Source: a cyanobacterium endosymbiont of Epithemia turgida isolate EtSB Lake Yunoko
Lineage (GTDB): Bacteria; Cyanobacteriota; Cyanobacteriia; Cyanobacteriales; Microcystaceae
Reading direction: 5' to 3'
Assembly (NCBI RefSeq): GCF_000829235.1
Contig: NZ_AP012549.1
Location: 1,470,001-1,502,000, forward strand
Length of the DNA stretch: 32,000 bases
Shown one piece after another: positions 19,569 through 29,920 of the stretch. The position numbers and the translations under genes were made by a program. The notes beneath the pieces were generated by a model. The model made no database searches, was not told the DNA's origin, and was given only the letters and a program-made list of their open reading frames with translations. Every line of letters begins with the position of its first letter. Positions within the stretch are counted from its first letter, which is position 1.

Positions 19569-19913
19569 ATGAGTAATCTTGCAAAAAAAGAACTTGAAAT
19601 TTGCAGTGCTGATACTCCTTCTATTATTCCAGAAGAGGTTAAACAATTAAAAAAACAAATTCCTGATTGGCATGTTGTCGAAAAACAAGGACAGTTACAA
19701 CTAGAAAAACAATATAAATTTCCAGACTTCCAACAGGCAATTACCTTTACTAAGTCCGTTGGAGATCTCGCTGAATTAGAAGGACATCATCCAACGTTGG
19801 TGACAGAGTGGGGAAAGGTTACTGTTTCCTGGTGGACCCATGCAATTGGTGGACTCCATAAGAATGATTATATTATGGCGGCTAAAACTGATGAAATCAG
19901 AAAAATATTTTGA
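19569..19913 (+). CDS. pterin-4-alpha-carbinolamine dehydratase
   Basis: 114 aa. PCD signature: F.FPDFQQAITFTKSVGDLAELEGHHPTL...WGKVTVSWWTHAIGGLHKNDYIMAAK. Confidence 0.9.
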   Translation: MSNLAKKELEICSADTPSIIPEEVKQLKKQIPDWHVVEKQGQLQLEKQYKFPDFQQAITFTKSVGDLAELEGHHPTLVTEWGKVTVSWWTHAIGGLHKNDYIMAAKTDEIRKIF

Positions 19914-19999
19914 AATAACCTGATTTTAAAAGAAAAAGAGCGGATATAACGAGTTTTTTAATATTCAGTTTCATCGATGGGACTGATTTTGTCAGTTAT

Positions 20000-20708
20000 T
20001 TAGAGAGTTCCATCTTCCCCGACTGTCCAGACATTATAAATCCTGACTACATCCTCCTTTTCGTCGATATCAAGGTTACCTATTAGCTCCTTGATGATTA
20101 ACTTCCTCTCCACTGTGAACTAACTCCATTGCTTCACAAGGATCGGTAGTTTCTGTTTCAAATTTCTGTTTCAGGGGCATTTGCCACTTCACAAGTTTTA
20201 CTTCTAATTTCTTCTCCTGTATTGGTATTTGCTGTTCTCGTTGCCAATATTAGAAGAATAATAACATCCCAACTGTGGGGTATAAGGCTGGTTTTTGCTT
20301 GTTCAGTAAAAACGGAACTGGTGCTACTTGGGAAAACTAACATTACATTATTTTGGGCCGCAATAGTAACAGCTGCATTTGATACGCTACTGGTAAATAC
20401 CCTAACTACTTTCGTAACTTTATCAACTTCTGTCAATTTTTTATGGCTAGTACACCGGTGCTCGGCTTATTATTGAGCCTACCACAAGCATTAATTTCAT
20501 CGAGGGCTAATTTGATGGCTTCAGGCACATTCTGACCAATTGAAGGTAGATCACTAGTTAGAAACAACCAAGCCCTTAATCTTAGTTTCTCATAGAAAGA
20601 GGAGTTAATCCTTCCTTTGTGTTGTTTATCACAACTAACTAATAAGCTACTGCTCAGTATAAGGGCTAGAACTAAGGAGATGAGAGCTTTTTAAAAATTT
20701 TTTCTCAA
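20000..20708 (-). pseudogene. ABC-transporter periplasmic substrate-binding lipoprotein relic (LivK/NatB-like, Peripla_BP_6-type)
   Basis: Three minus-strand frames carry successive parts. The first has the signal peptide and lipobox (LRKNFLKALISLVLALILSSSLLVSC) then ...SDLPSIGQNVPEAIKLALDEINACGRLNNKP. The second reads KVTKVVRVFTSSVSNAAVTIAAQNNVMLVFPSSTSSVFTEQ. The third is the C-terminus GNLDIDEKEDVVRIYNVWTVGEDGTL*. Total length is about 0.7 kb, against my recollection that this family is usually larger (about 1.2-1.3 kb), so internal deletions are likely. Confidence 0.7.
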
Positions 20709-20853
20709 AAAAAAGATTATTATTCAGTTAATTCTCATACAAAGTGTTTCTTTGAGAGGGTTAAGGCAAAACGCAGATGAATCTTGAACAAGACGGTAAA
20801 AGCTCATAATAAATTGTTGTGCTTTGATGGTCGAAATTACACAAGTCTAAGAA

Positions 20854-20940
20854 CGGAGAGGGAGGGATTCGAACCCTCGATGGGTGTTACCCCATAACTC
20901 CTTAGCAGGGAGCCGCTTTCAACCACTCAGCCACCTCTCC
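20854..20940 (-). tRNA. tRNA-Ser (anticodon GCU), class II with long variable arm
   Basis: Minus strand: GGAGAGG-TG-GCTGAGTGGTTGAAAGC-G-GCTCC-CTGCTAA-GGAGT-TATGGGGTAACACCCATC-GAGGG-TTCGAAT-CCCTC-CCTCTCC-G. All stems pair, the T-loop is GTTCGAATC, and CCA is not encoded. Confidence 0.95.
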
Positions 20941-21429
20941 AAGGCATGTCAGCTCATAGTAGCATATTTTTTGCAACCAAAACTATTTTTTGTCTTTCTA
21001 TTTTCTTTAGTATTCAATTTGAGATTTTTTTTAGCTTTTAGTTATTTGTATATTGACAAATTACGTCAAATACAGATTGTCTGCAATAGATGAAATGATG
21101 GTTATCATGACATTTATTGAGCTTACCTAAAATTATTCAATTATCTCTGGATTTTCAATTTAATGGTGTTCTTTTTTTAAACTGAGACTAATCGATATTA
21201 TAAAACATAATCCATGATTATCTTAATAAATTATTAAATATTTTGACTTGACTATTATAACAAAAATACTAAAATTAAGCAAAAACCCTAAATATAGAGT
21301 TTGATTAACACTTAGTAGCTTATTTCTTCTTGACGGGTTTGTTTAAAATATACTCTTGTAAGAGAATATTTTAAACTATTAGTTTTATACTCTTCATTTA
21401 TGGTAACTACTTTGTTACAGAGATTTTAG

Positions 21430-21828
21430 TTAGTGATTTACTGTAAGGATATAAGGTAAACGTTGAGTATCATTCTCTGAAATATTCTCGAATTGTTTAG
21501 TCACCACTGTAATTTTTCCAGAATTAGTTTGTTGGAGATAGTGTAATAATTTTTGGCTTTCTCTGACTAGGCTAGATACATCAATTCCTTGATAATCAGG
21601 TTGATAGGAACTGAGTAGTCTAATGCCTTCCCCTAATAAAATTACCGCCCCGCGCCAATTATAGTTTTTAAAATGATAGCAACCGACAGCAATTTGTAAA
21701 ATACTTTTATAAAATTGTCTATCTGGCTCTACAGAATCTATCCAGAGAGACTCTAAGGTATTATGACAACCATAGAATTCCCGATAGTTGAATTGCTCAA
21801 TGCCTTGCAAAAATTGCTCCCTTGACAT
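21430..21828 (-). CDS. DUF309-domain protein
   Basis: 132 aa. GIEQFNYREFYGCHNTLESLW...YKSILQIAVGCYHFKNYNWRGA fits the DUF309 pattern (FN...F.E.HE.LE..W....G....LQGLIQ.A.A..H). It starts 8 nt after the ftrC stop. Confidence 0.75.
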   Translation of the reverse strand: MSREQFLQGIEQFNYREFYGCHNTLESLWIDSVEPDRQFYKSILQIAVGCYHFKNYNWRGAVILLGEGIRLLSSYQPDYQGIDVSSLVRESQKLLHYLQQTNSGKITVVTKQFENISENDTQRLPYILTVNH

Positions 21829-21836
21829 GGTTTTGC

Positions 21837-22205
21837 TTAAGAACTGATATTGTCTCTAATCTCTTTAATATATTCAAGGCTAATTTGTTGTTGATTTCCT
21901 GCAAAATCGCTATCTGGGTTGATAAACAGCATACAATGACACTCCTTACGTTCGCGCATGGGAACACATGGACAGTTCCAAAAAGTATTTTTTACTTCAG
22001 CCTCTTTATCTTCATAATGACGACAAGGGCATAAAGGAGCACCTAATTCTTGTTTATGTCTTGCCAGTCCTTCAATAACCACTGCTGTTACTGATAGTTC
22101 ACTACAGAAATAAGTGTCAGTCTGTTTTGCATATTGTTCAGCAAAATTTTTCATTGCTTCTAGAGTTTTATCACTATAATTAGAGTCAGCATTGGCTGAG
22201 ATCAT
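21837..22205 (-). CDS. ftrC: ferredoxin-thioredoxin reductase catalytic subunit
   Basis: 122 aa with the FTR-B Cys pattern: CPCRHYEDKEAEVKNTFWNCPCVPMRERKECHCMLF. Confidence 0.9.
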   Translation of the reverse strand: MISANADSNYSDKTLEAMKNFAEQYAKQTDTYFCSELSVTAVVIEGLARHKQELGAPLCPCRHYEDKEAEVKNTFWNCPCVPMRERKECHCMLFINPDSDFAGNQQQISLEYIKEIRDNISS

Positions 22206-22374
22206 GGAATTTATCCAAAATTAATTAAGGTTCTTTATTTAAATTAACACTTTTTTCAAGTTTTTTTAGATTGAAAGCATTATTTTGACGTTTGAATAAT
22301 CTCAATTGTTCGAACTATCTTTAACTTAGTTATGACTTACTTTATCATAATCAAAGTAAAATTTTGTTTTTTTG

Positions 22375-23935
22375 TTTACTTTCAGGGATAAACCCAGTCG
22401 ACAATCTAACCTTCTGGTTGCTCTCGACCCTATCTGTTTGATAATCTTCGATTAGAAGACAGAAGCGGTCAAAAGATGAAACCCAGAGAAAAGACTGTTA
22501 ATACAAAATTATAATTTTGGGTTAAATCCTTACTAGATTAATTTAATAGTAATAATGTATAAGTCATACTAGTTTAGGCTATAGCCTAAACTAGTATGTA
22601 ATAATCCTAGCCAAATCTTTGAATTGCGGGCAGTGTTGAAATTGTTATTTAGATTTGTGCTAGAAAAGTAGTTCAGAATACAGGTAAGAGACTATTAATA
22701 TATAGTATTCAAAATTTTTGATCAAAAAAGAATACTTTAAATTAAGTTATGTTTATGTATAATGCTTGCACATGGTTGCCTTAAATCGATCAATTGCTCA
22801 TTGTCGCTGTTAAAAAAAAGAACAAAATTACCTCGTATTAAGTACAAGAATACAAGATAATTAATCATATATGATATTTTAAGAGAATTGTAAAAACAGT
22901 TATTATAGCCAAAAATTTTGATACTAAATACTATACTTCAGTTTTAATTTAATGATAGAAAGTAAGAACTAAAGTTATCAGCAAAAAGAAAAGCTATAAA
23001 TATTGAATTAGGGTTTACTCATTTTACTATTGTAAATAATGGATCTAAACTTAATAGTTATAAACATTTAGTCGACCATCAAAGTTGGTTAAAGTGTAAG
23101 CAGCAAACAAAAATTTTCTTATCGATTAAAGGGGAGTGATACTGATTGTATTAAAACTTAAGGAGAATAAAATAATGTTTTATAAATAGGCAATGATTAA
23201 GAAAAAAAATATAAAAATATATTAAATATTAATGATTTAATTTTAAAATGTGTATCTTGCCGAATAGTAATATTTTGTTACTAAAAATTTTTTTAAATAA
23301 GAACTATATAAAGTAGGTTTTGATATTTTAAAAATCACTACTTAAATTCAAGTCAGTATGATTTAATAATATTAAGGTAAAAAAAATAAAATATGTAAGA
23401 TATTTAAACCTAGCACAAGGTTCGATTGATAAAAAACAAGACTTATTTTATTTTATCTCCAAAAATAGTACGTTACTTTTTATAAAATATAAATTTATAT
23501 TTTATTTTTCGTTCTCTCCTCTTGAAATATATCTTAAATTTTACGCATAAACTAATTTATAAGTAAGTCAGTAAAAAAAATACGCGAGTATTTTTTTATA
23601 AGAATTGATAGTAAGGTATTGCTTATTTATATTAAATAAATAGTGACAACATATAATTTAACTAAAGCTATTAATAATAGTAGGTAAAAAATATTTTGTA
23701 TTATATTAAATTTAATATAAAAAATAAGTGATAAAGTTTTATTAAAATCGATAGATTTATTTTGGTTTAACTGAAAAAAATTTTTGTCAGTCCATAAAAC
23801 ACACCAGAATGAGAGTCTTCTTAAAAAGATTAACTTTAATAAAATGATTTATTTTTCGAGAGTTTGATACACTGACTCATGATAAATAATGATGATCGTT
23901 ACAATTGCGTCTCCTCTAAAACAAAAATAGTATAT
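22375..23935 (+). mobile_element. tnpB: decayed IS200/IS605-family tnpB (IS1341-type RNA-guided nuclease gene) relic
   Basis: Colinear TnpB landmarks appear across at least 3 frames with many stops. GINPVDN / GCSRPYLFDN correspond to RIYPTxEQ...FGCxRxVYN. FWVKSLLD corresponds to WLKEV. F*SKKN corresponds to FKSKKN. WLP*IDQL corresponds to LPKIGWV. RIVKTVIIAKNFDTKYYTSVLI corresponds to GKIKSVTISK..GKYYxSILV. AINIELGFTHFTIVNNGSKLNSYKHLVDHQSWLKCKQQTKIFLSIKGE (22993-23136) corresponds to the RuvC-I block xVGIDLGLxxFAxxSxGxK...KxxxxLSRKxKGS. A faint C-terminal FLSVHKTHQNES... near 23780 may correspond to FxPSSKTCSxCG. No tnpA and no recognisable element ends are present. Confidence 0.65.
22565..22598. 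repeat. perfect 34-bp loop-less palindrome inside the tnpB relic
   Basis: CATACTAGTTTAGGCTA|TAGCCTAAACTAGTATG, an exact reverse complement. It lies in a segment of the relic about 90 nt longer than the corresponding TnpB region normally is. Confidence 0.9.
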
Positions 23936-24138
23936 TTGTTTTTACAATAAATACTATCAGTCTGAGAACAGAGTAGCAATGCTATCTACACCTTCGATAG
24001 AGGTCATCTGGAGCACAAAATACTTTGGTAGTATAAAGAATTTGGTTTTTATTTTGTAGGTTTTAATAGCTATTAATCTCCATAATGTCTGTTTCTGTAG
24101 TCAAGATTATAAAAACGGTGTTGAATAATACGGTTAAA

Positions 24139-25095
24139 TTAAGTGTCAAATCTTTCATAAGCTTCTACAATTTTTTGAACTAATGGATGTCGAACCACAT
24201 CTACCTGAAAAAATTGACAGAAAGCAATGCCTTCTACTGACTTTAGAATTTTTTTTGCTATCACTAATCCTGAATCTTGATGATGAGGTAAATCGGTTTG
24301 AGTTATATCTCCAGTTACTACCATTTTTGAACCAAACCCTAAGCGTGTCAAGACCATTTTTAATTGAGCAGGAGTAGTATTTTGAGCTTCATCAACAATC
24401 ACAAAAGCATTACTTAAAGTTCGTCCTCGCATATAAGCTAAAGGCGCAACTTCTATTTCTCCTCGTTCAATTAAAGTAGGAATTCGTTGAGGGTCAATAA
24501 ACTCATCTAATGCATCATAAAGAGGCCGTAAAAAAGGGTCAAATTTTTGTTGCAAATCTCCTGGTAAAAACCCTAATTTCTCTCCTGCTTCTACCGCAGG
24601 GCGAGTTAAAATCAAACGTTCACATTGATTATTTAATAAAGCTTGTGCAGCTAAAACAGTTGCCAAAAAAGTCTTTCCAGTTCCCGCCGGTCCAATACAA
24701 AAAGTAATGTCATGAGTTTGAATTGCCTTAATATATTGTCGTTGACGAAATGTTTTTGCGTAAATAATTTCTCCCCGTCGAGTCCTAGCTAAAACTGATT
24801 GTTGTAAGTTCTTATATTCCTCAGTTTTTCCTGTATCTATCGCTTGAAAGGCTGTCATTAAGTCAGGATGAGAAATTGTCTTTGCTTCCTGCCAATAGGG
24901 TTGAAGTGATAGCACTACTTGTATTGCCAGTTTCACAGATTTTTCTTTACCATAAATCTGTAACTCTTGACCTCTTAAAACTAGATTAGCTCCAGTATAA
25001 CGGGACAAAAATTTGAGGTTTTCATCTCCAAGTCCCGCTAAAGCCATGGCACTTTCATTAGTTGGTAGTTGAACAGTTTGGGAGGTTTCAGTCAT
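24139..25095 (-). CDS. phoH: PhoH-family ATPase (PhoH/YbeZ-like)
   Basis: 318 aa. It has Walker A GPAGTGKTF, DEAQN, and the PhoH signature TGDITQTDLP. Confidence 0.9.
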   Translation of the reverse strand: MTETSQTVQLPTNESAMALAGLGDENLKFLSRYTGANLVLRGQELQIYGKEKSVKLAIQVVLSLQPYWQEAKTISHPDLMTAFQAIDTGKTEEYKNLQQSVLARTRRGEIIYAKTFRQRQYIKAIQTHDITFCIGPAGTGKTFLATVLAAQALLNNQCERLILTRPAVEAGEKLGFLPGDLQQKFDPFLRPLYDALDEFIDPQRIPTLIERGEIEVAPLAYMRGRTLSNAFVIVDEAQNTTPAQLKMVLTRLGFGSKMVVTGDITQTDLPHHQDSGLVIAKKILKSVEGIAFCQFFQVDVVRHPLVQKIVEAYERFDT

Positions 25096-25352
25096 AAAAT
25101 ACTAAATATTATAGTTAAGATGTCAAGTATAATTTTTTTACAAAAAAAATAGAATCTAATAGGCTGCTAATAAAGTAAATTTCAAGAGAATTATTGGGCG
25201 TGTATTAAACTGTAACGCCTCAGAAAAATATTTTGGGATACTACGCTAGAAATACAAAGAAGAAAAATTGCCTGAAAAAGTATAATACGCTTAACAAAGC
25301 CTACTTAATGCTTACTTTCGGAACAGTCTCTAAACTTTAGTAAATAAATTAA

Positions 25353-25382
25353 ACAAAAAAAGAGAGGAGATTAACCTCCTCC
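25353..25382 (-). terminator. ndhH intrinsic terminator
   Basis: On the minus strand, GAGGAG-guuaau-CUCCUC is followed by UCUUUUUUUGUUU, starting about 27 nt after the ndhH stop. Confidence 0.6.
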
Positions 25383-25408
25383 AAAAATTAACTATCATTA
25401 GAAACCTA

Positions 25409-26593
25409 TTAACGGTCTACTGATCCCATAATAATATCGATACTACCCAAAATAGCCATAATATCAGCTACCTTCATTCCTTTTAAAAGATGAGGAAGAA
25501 TTTGCAGATTATTAAAGTCAGCTGCACGAATTTTCCAACGCCAAGGAAAAACATCATTATTGCCTATAATAAAAATGCCAATTTCACCCTTACCACTTTC
25601 TAGGCGGACATAATGTTCTCCTTCGGGAATTTTAAAGGTGGGGGCAACTTTTTTAGCGATATATTGATAGTCAAAATCATTCCATTCGGATTTTTTCCCT
25701 TCCATCATCCGCTTTGCTTCGAGGTTTTCATAAGGACCTCCTGGTATGCTTTTTAGCGCTTGACGGACAATTTTGACCGACTCACGCATTTCCCGGATAC
25801 GGACTAGATAACGAGCAAAACAATCTCCTGCTGTTTCCCATTGGATGTCCCAGTCAAAGTCGTCATAGCATTCATAATGGTCAACTTTGCGCAGGTCCCA
25901 TTTAACTCCAGATCCTCTTAACATAGGACCTGATAGACTCCAATTAATGGCTTCGTCGCGGGTAATGGTACCGATTCCTTCAATACGGCGACGGAAAATG
26001 GGATTGTTAGTAATTAATTTTTCATATTCATCAATTTTAGGCTCGAAAAACTGACAAAAATCTTCACATTTATCAATCCAACCATAAGGAAGGTCAACGG
26101 CAACCCCCCCAATACGGAAGTAATTGTTATTGATTAAACGCATTCCCGATGCTGCTTCCCAAAGATCATAGATCATTTCCCGTTCACGGAAAATGTAGAA
26201 AAATGGAGTTTGTGCGCCAACATCTGCCAAAAATGGTCCTAACCACAATAAATGATTGGCGATACGGTTAAGTTCTAACATGATGACGCGGATATATTGG
26301 GCCCGCTTGGGAACTTCAATATTCGCTAGTTTTTCAGGGGCATTAACGGTAATTGCTTCATTAAACATTCCTGCAGCATAGTCCCACCGACTAACGTAGG
26401 GAACATACATGACATTAGTACGGTTTTCAGCTATTTTTTCCATTCCTCGATGGAGGTAACCGATAACGGGTTGACAGTCTACTACATCTTCCCCATCTAA
26501 GGTTACGATTAAACGTAATACCCCGTGCATAGAGGGATGGTGGGGTCCCATGTTGAGTACCATGGGTTCGGTTCTAGTTTCTATTTTTGACAT
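25409..26593 (-). CDS. ndhH: NAD(P)H-quinone oxidoreductase (NDH-1) subunit H
   Basis: 394 aa with full-length NdhH/NuoD-type sequence: [23 protein letters not shown], and the cyanobacterial C-terminus ...[14 protein letters not shown]. Confidence 0.97.
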   Translation of the reverse strand: MSKIETRTEPMVLNMGPHHPSMHGVLRLIVTLDGEDVVDCQPVIGYLHRGMEKIAENRTNVMYVPYVSRWDYAAGMFNEAITVNAPEKLANIEVPKRAQYIRVIMLELNRIANHLLWLGPFLADVGAQTPFFYIFREREMIYDLWEAASGMRLINNNYFRIGGVAVDLPYGWIDKCEDFCQFFEPKIDEYEKLITNNPIFRRRIEGIGTITRDEAINWSLSGPMLRGSGVKWDLRKVDHYECYDDFDWDIQWETAGDCFARYLVRIREMRESVKIVRQALKSIPGGPYENLEAKRMMEGKKSEWNDFDYQYIAKKVAPTFKIPEGEHYVRLESGKGEIGIFIIGNNDVFPWRWKIRAADFNNLQILPHLLKGMKVADIMAILGSIDIIMGSVDR

Positions 26594-26939
26594 AGGGCTG
26601 TTAGTCTTTTTTCTCCAATTGTATTATTATGACACCGCTCGCTATCGAGTATAAATCTCATGAATGGGTGATTGCTGATGTTCATACAAAAAGTTTAGAG
26701 TTTATCCTTCTTCATTCTCCATACCATGAATAGCTAAAGTTATGAGATTCTTTCGCCTACACAAAAAGTGAGTACTAAAAGTAACTTTTCCAAGAAAGAT
26801 GTTAAAGCCAGCATTGAAATAGTATTTATTCAATCTATAAAATTTTTAACATTGAAATCTTTAAAGGTACATTTCCTAAATGAACCTATCATTAAAAGTA
26901 ATTAACTATTTTAGATAGCTACTCTTGACAGGTTTAGAA

Positions 26940-27240
26940 ACCCAACTAAAGAGGTAACAGATATCACTATAAGATTAAAAATAATGGAATAATACCTCTT
27001 GCTGCTGAGGACAAAAACACATTGATCATAATAGCAATGGTAGAGAAAAGAGATTTAAATAAGAAGAATATCAAAATAATGGCAATAACGGTAGATAAAA
27101 TACTTGATTGAATATAAGTTATTACGCTCTCTATGTTCAGCAGATATCACCATTACGTAAGAAACGAAACGTCTTGACTGTTAAACACATTCACCTTCAT
27201 GCCAAATTTCACTCTAGCTACAGAACTTAGAAAAATTATT
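26940..27240 (-). pseudogene. possible polytopic membrane-protein relic
   Basis: The minus strand reads KFGMKVNVFNSQDVSFLT*W*YLLNIESVITYIQSSILSTVIAIILIFFLFKSLFSTIAIMINVFLSSAARGIIPLFLIL**. It has hydrophobic helix-like runs with stops. The family is not identifiable by eye. Confidence 0.3.
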
Positions 27241-28945
27241 TTTACTTCAGAAGTAAAAATAAAAAATGGCTAATAGTATTTATAATCATTGTAGGCAAAA
27301 AAGCAATTTAATAATATTATTAATAATATTATTAATAATTTACAGAGTTAATTTGCTATTTATTGTTGTTCTTGATATTTTTAAAATAGCTTTTTTAGTA
27401 AACCTATGATGGACCTCTGCGGTGCTGTAATGATAAATCTTTATTTGACGTATAGGGAACTCGTTTTTAGGTCATAAATCAGTAATCCTTTTAATCAACT
27501 AAATGGCATTCCCTATCCTTTATTCACCTTTACATAGTTTAAATAAGTCTGGATGAAGGATTTGAATGGTGATCATATCTTCCTTCGATAATATTTTATC
27601 TATTACAATGGGCAATAAATTCCCCAATATCGAGAATTGCGCTAGATTATTTCAAGAGAATTTTTTAAAATTATTTGATACTGCTCTCGCTGTTTTTTAG
27701 CACTAAATTATAAATTTACATAAACTATACTAAATATATATAAATATCGTAAAAAAAAAGTAGATATAAACATATTTAAAGCCAAAAATAGAATAATTTT
27801 GTATTATATAACAGTGTTTTTTTAGTTGAGTAATTCATAGAAACCGAACTAGACATATTAGTTAATTATATTTTGAGCAATTACTAGGATAACCAGATTG
27901 ATTGAGAGCTCTAATAATGAAAAAAAATTAATTTTTAATCAATAGATTTTTATGAAGTTAAAATCAAAAAAATAAACAAATAAATACGACTTATATTTCT
28001 ATGTCTACTATCAATTTTATAATTTTTGCAGCTTTATAAAAATATAAATTATCTATTTTTATATAAGTTTTTAGCGAAATTTTTAGTACTATTGCTTCAG
28101 TTTTATCAGTAAAAAATACTTCATTATTTATCCATTGTTTAAAAATAAAAAGTAATAAATGACTGATGTAAAAATTATTATGGTTAGTACAATATTTTGT
28201 CTAAATCTAGGTTTTTTGGTTTTTCTAGTAGAGTAATGATTCATAGCTATGTAAACTTAGTTTATAGCAAAACACTTATTATAATTTAATATTACTTTTT
28301 TGAAGAATTAAATTATAATAAAGGTGTTTATCATGAAAGTAAATAGTGAATAACTATGATTTATTTTTTTAAAAAAATATAAAAACGAAATCAGGTATCA
28401 CGATAAGTTTGATTTTAAAATACTTTGGATTTTAACTGTTAATATTTATTGTCCACAATACTAATCAATATGATAAAGAGATTACAGATAAAATTTGTTG
28501 GAATAGTGTAATGTTATAACCTGACTCAGAAAATGCACTTAAGATTTTGTATTCTCGGAGGATTTTAAGTCACTCTGTTTCTAGGAGGGTACTTTTAACT
28601 TTTATGAAGTTACTGAATACTAAAGTTCTATACAATCTGTTAACCATTGATCTGATAAAAAAATAACATCGGAAATATAGCTTATATAAATTGACACTTA
28701 AAATAATTTAAAGTATTGTAAAATTAAGTTATAAATTTTTTTGAGTGTATTCTTTCAGTAGAATTAAAGCTCTTTTGTCTAAGTTTTTATGTAAAATATC
28801 ATTTTTTTTGAATAAGAAGTATATGTCTTTTTATGTCAAATGATTGCCAAGTTAATAGCATATTTTTATACTTTTTTATTACCTTAAATTATTTTAAATT
28901 TTTCTCTATTTATTTTATGTATTCCTTTCTATTTTCTTAAAAAAT

Positions 28946-29920
28946 ATGTGGACTCTTCTTCATTCTCGCTTACATATCACGTTACGACAACGTAACCTAT
29001 TGCCGCCAAAAAAATGTATTTTAATTGCAGTCTCAGGAGGTCAAGATTCATTATGTTTACTCAAGCTTTTACTTGACTTACAATCAAAATGGACTTGGAA
29101 GATCGCGATTGCCCATTGTGATCATGGGTGGAAATATGACACTGGAATAGCATATTTTGTACAACAACTATCTAATAAATGGAACATTCCTTTTTATTTA
29201 AAAACCGCCTCCCAATTAAAAGAAACTGAAGCAGCAGCTAGAAATTGGCGGTATCAAGCACTAACAGAAATTGCCCAAGAAAATAACTTTTCTATAATTG
29301 TTACAGGACACACCCAAAGTGATCTCGCTGAAACCTTACTTTACAATCTTATTCGCGGTGCAGGAAATGACGGACTAAGTGCTTTGACTTGGCAACGTCT
29401 TCTAGCAGATAATATAACTTTAGTTCGTCCTTTATTAACTATTAATCGTTCGGAAATTTGGGAGTTTTGTCAAGAGTATGAGCTTCCGATCTGGGAAGAT
29501 CTAGCTAACGAAAATTTAAACTATGCTCGTAATCGTATCAGAAAAGAATTAATACCTTATTTAAAAAAAAATTTTAATCCTCAAATCGAAACGACTTTAG
29601 CCAAAACTACTGAAATAATAAAGGAGGAAACTGAATATTTAGAAAGTTGCGCTAAAGTTAACCTAGAAAAAGCACTTAATAAAGATAGAAATCGATTAAA
29701 TCGTCTAATTTTACAGTCAATTCCTCTTGTATTGCAACGGCGAGTTATGCGTCAATTTCTTTTCAAGATAAGTCCCAAAAATATAAACTTTGAGCATATA
29801 GAAGCCTTAACAACTTTAATTTATGCTCCTAGACGATCACGTATTTCTTCTCTTCCTGGTAATCTGGTAGCAGAAGTTCAAGAAGATTGGATAATTTTTA
29901 CAAAAAGAGAACCAGTCTAA
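28946..29920 (+). CDS. tilS: tRNA(Ile)-lysidine synthase
   Basis: 324 aa. It has the PP-loop ILIAVSGGQDS and TilS-like TGHTQSDLAETLLYNLIRGAG. Confidence 0.9.
   Translation: MWTLLHSRLHITLRQRNLLPPKKCILIAVSGGQDSLCLLKLLLDLQSKWTWKIAIAHCDHGWKYDTGIAYFVQQLSNKWNIPFYLKTASQLKETEAAARNWRYQALTEIAQENNFSIIVTGHTQSDLAETLLYNLIRGAGNDGLSALTWQRLLADNITLVRPLLTINRSEIWEFCQEYELPIWEDLANENLNYARNRIRKELIPYLKKNFNPQIETTLAKTTEIIKEETEYLESCAKVNLEKALNKDRNRLNRLILQSIPLVLQRRVMRQFLFKISPKNINFEHIEALTTLIYAPRRSRISSLPGNLVAEVQEDWIIFTKREPV

Noticed and set aside
20158-20476. Two overlapping ORFs (92 aa minus strand, 84 aa plus strand)
   Set aside because: The minus-strand one is the middle fragment of the binding-lipoprotein pseudogene, not an independent gene. 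The plus-strand one is its antisense shadow.
20884-21093. 69-aa plus-strand ORF
   Set aside because: Its 5' part is antisense to tRNA-Ser and the rest is A/T-rich spacer.
21822-22034. 70-aa plus-strand ORF
   Set aside because: It is antisense shadow of ftrC.
22206-24138. Possibility that the tnpB region is an active element or defence-associated nuclease
   Set aside because: The reading frame is broken many times, the catalytic and zinc-finger regions are barely discernible, and no tnpA or element ends are visible. It is a fossil, not a functional system.
24183-24707. Two plus-strand ORFs (64 and 65 aa)
   Set aside because: They are antisense shadows inside phoH.
27311-27340. ATAATATTATTA tandem repeat, about 2.5 copies
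   Set aside because: Short low-complexity slippage in pure A/T sequence, with no further structure.
28691-28725. TTGACA-17 nt-TATTGT promoter-like match about 250 nt upstream of tilS, with similar matches near 16556, 25120 and 30693
   Set aside because: In DNA this A/T-rich, -10/-35 look-alikes arise by chance everywhere. None can be supported without transcription start-site data.
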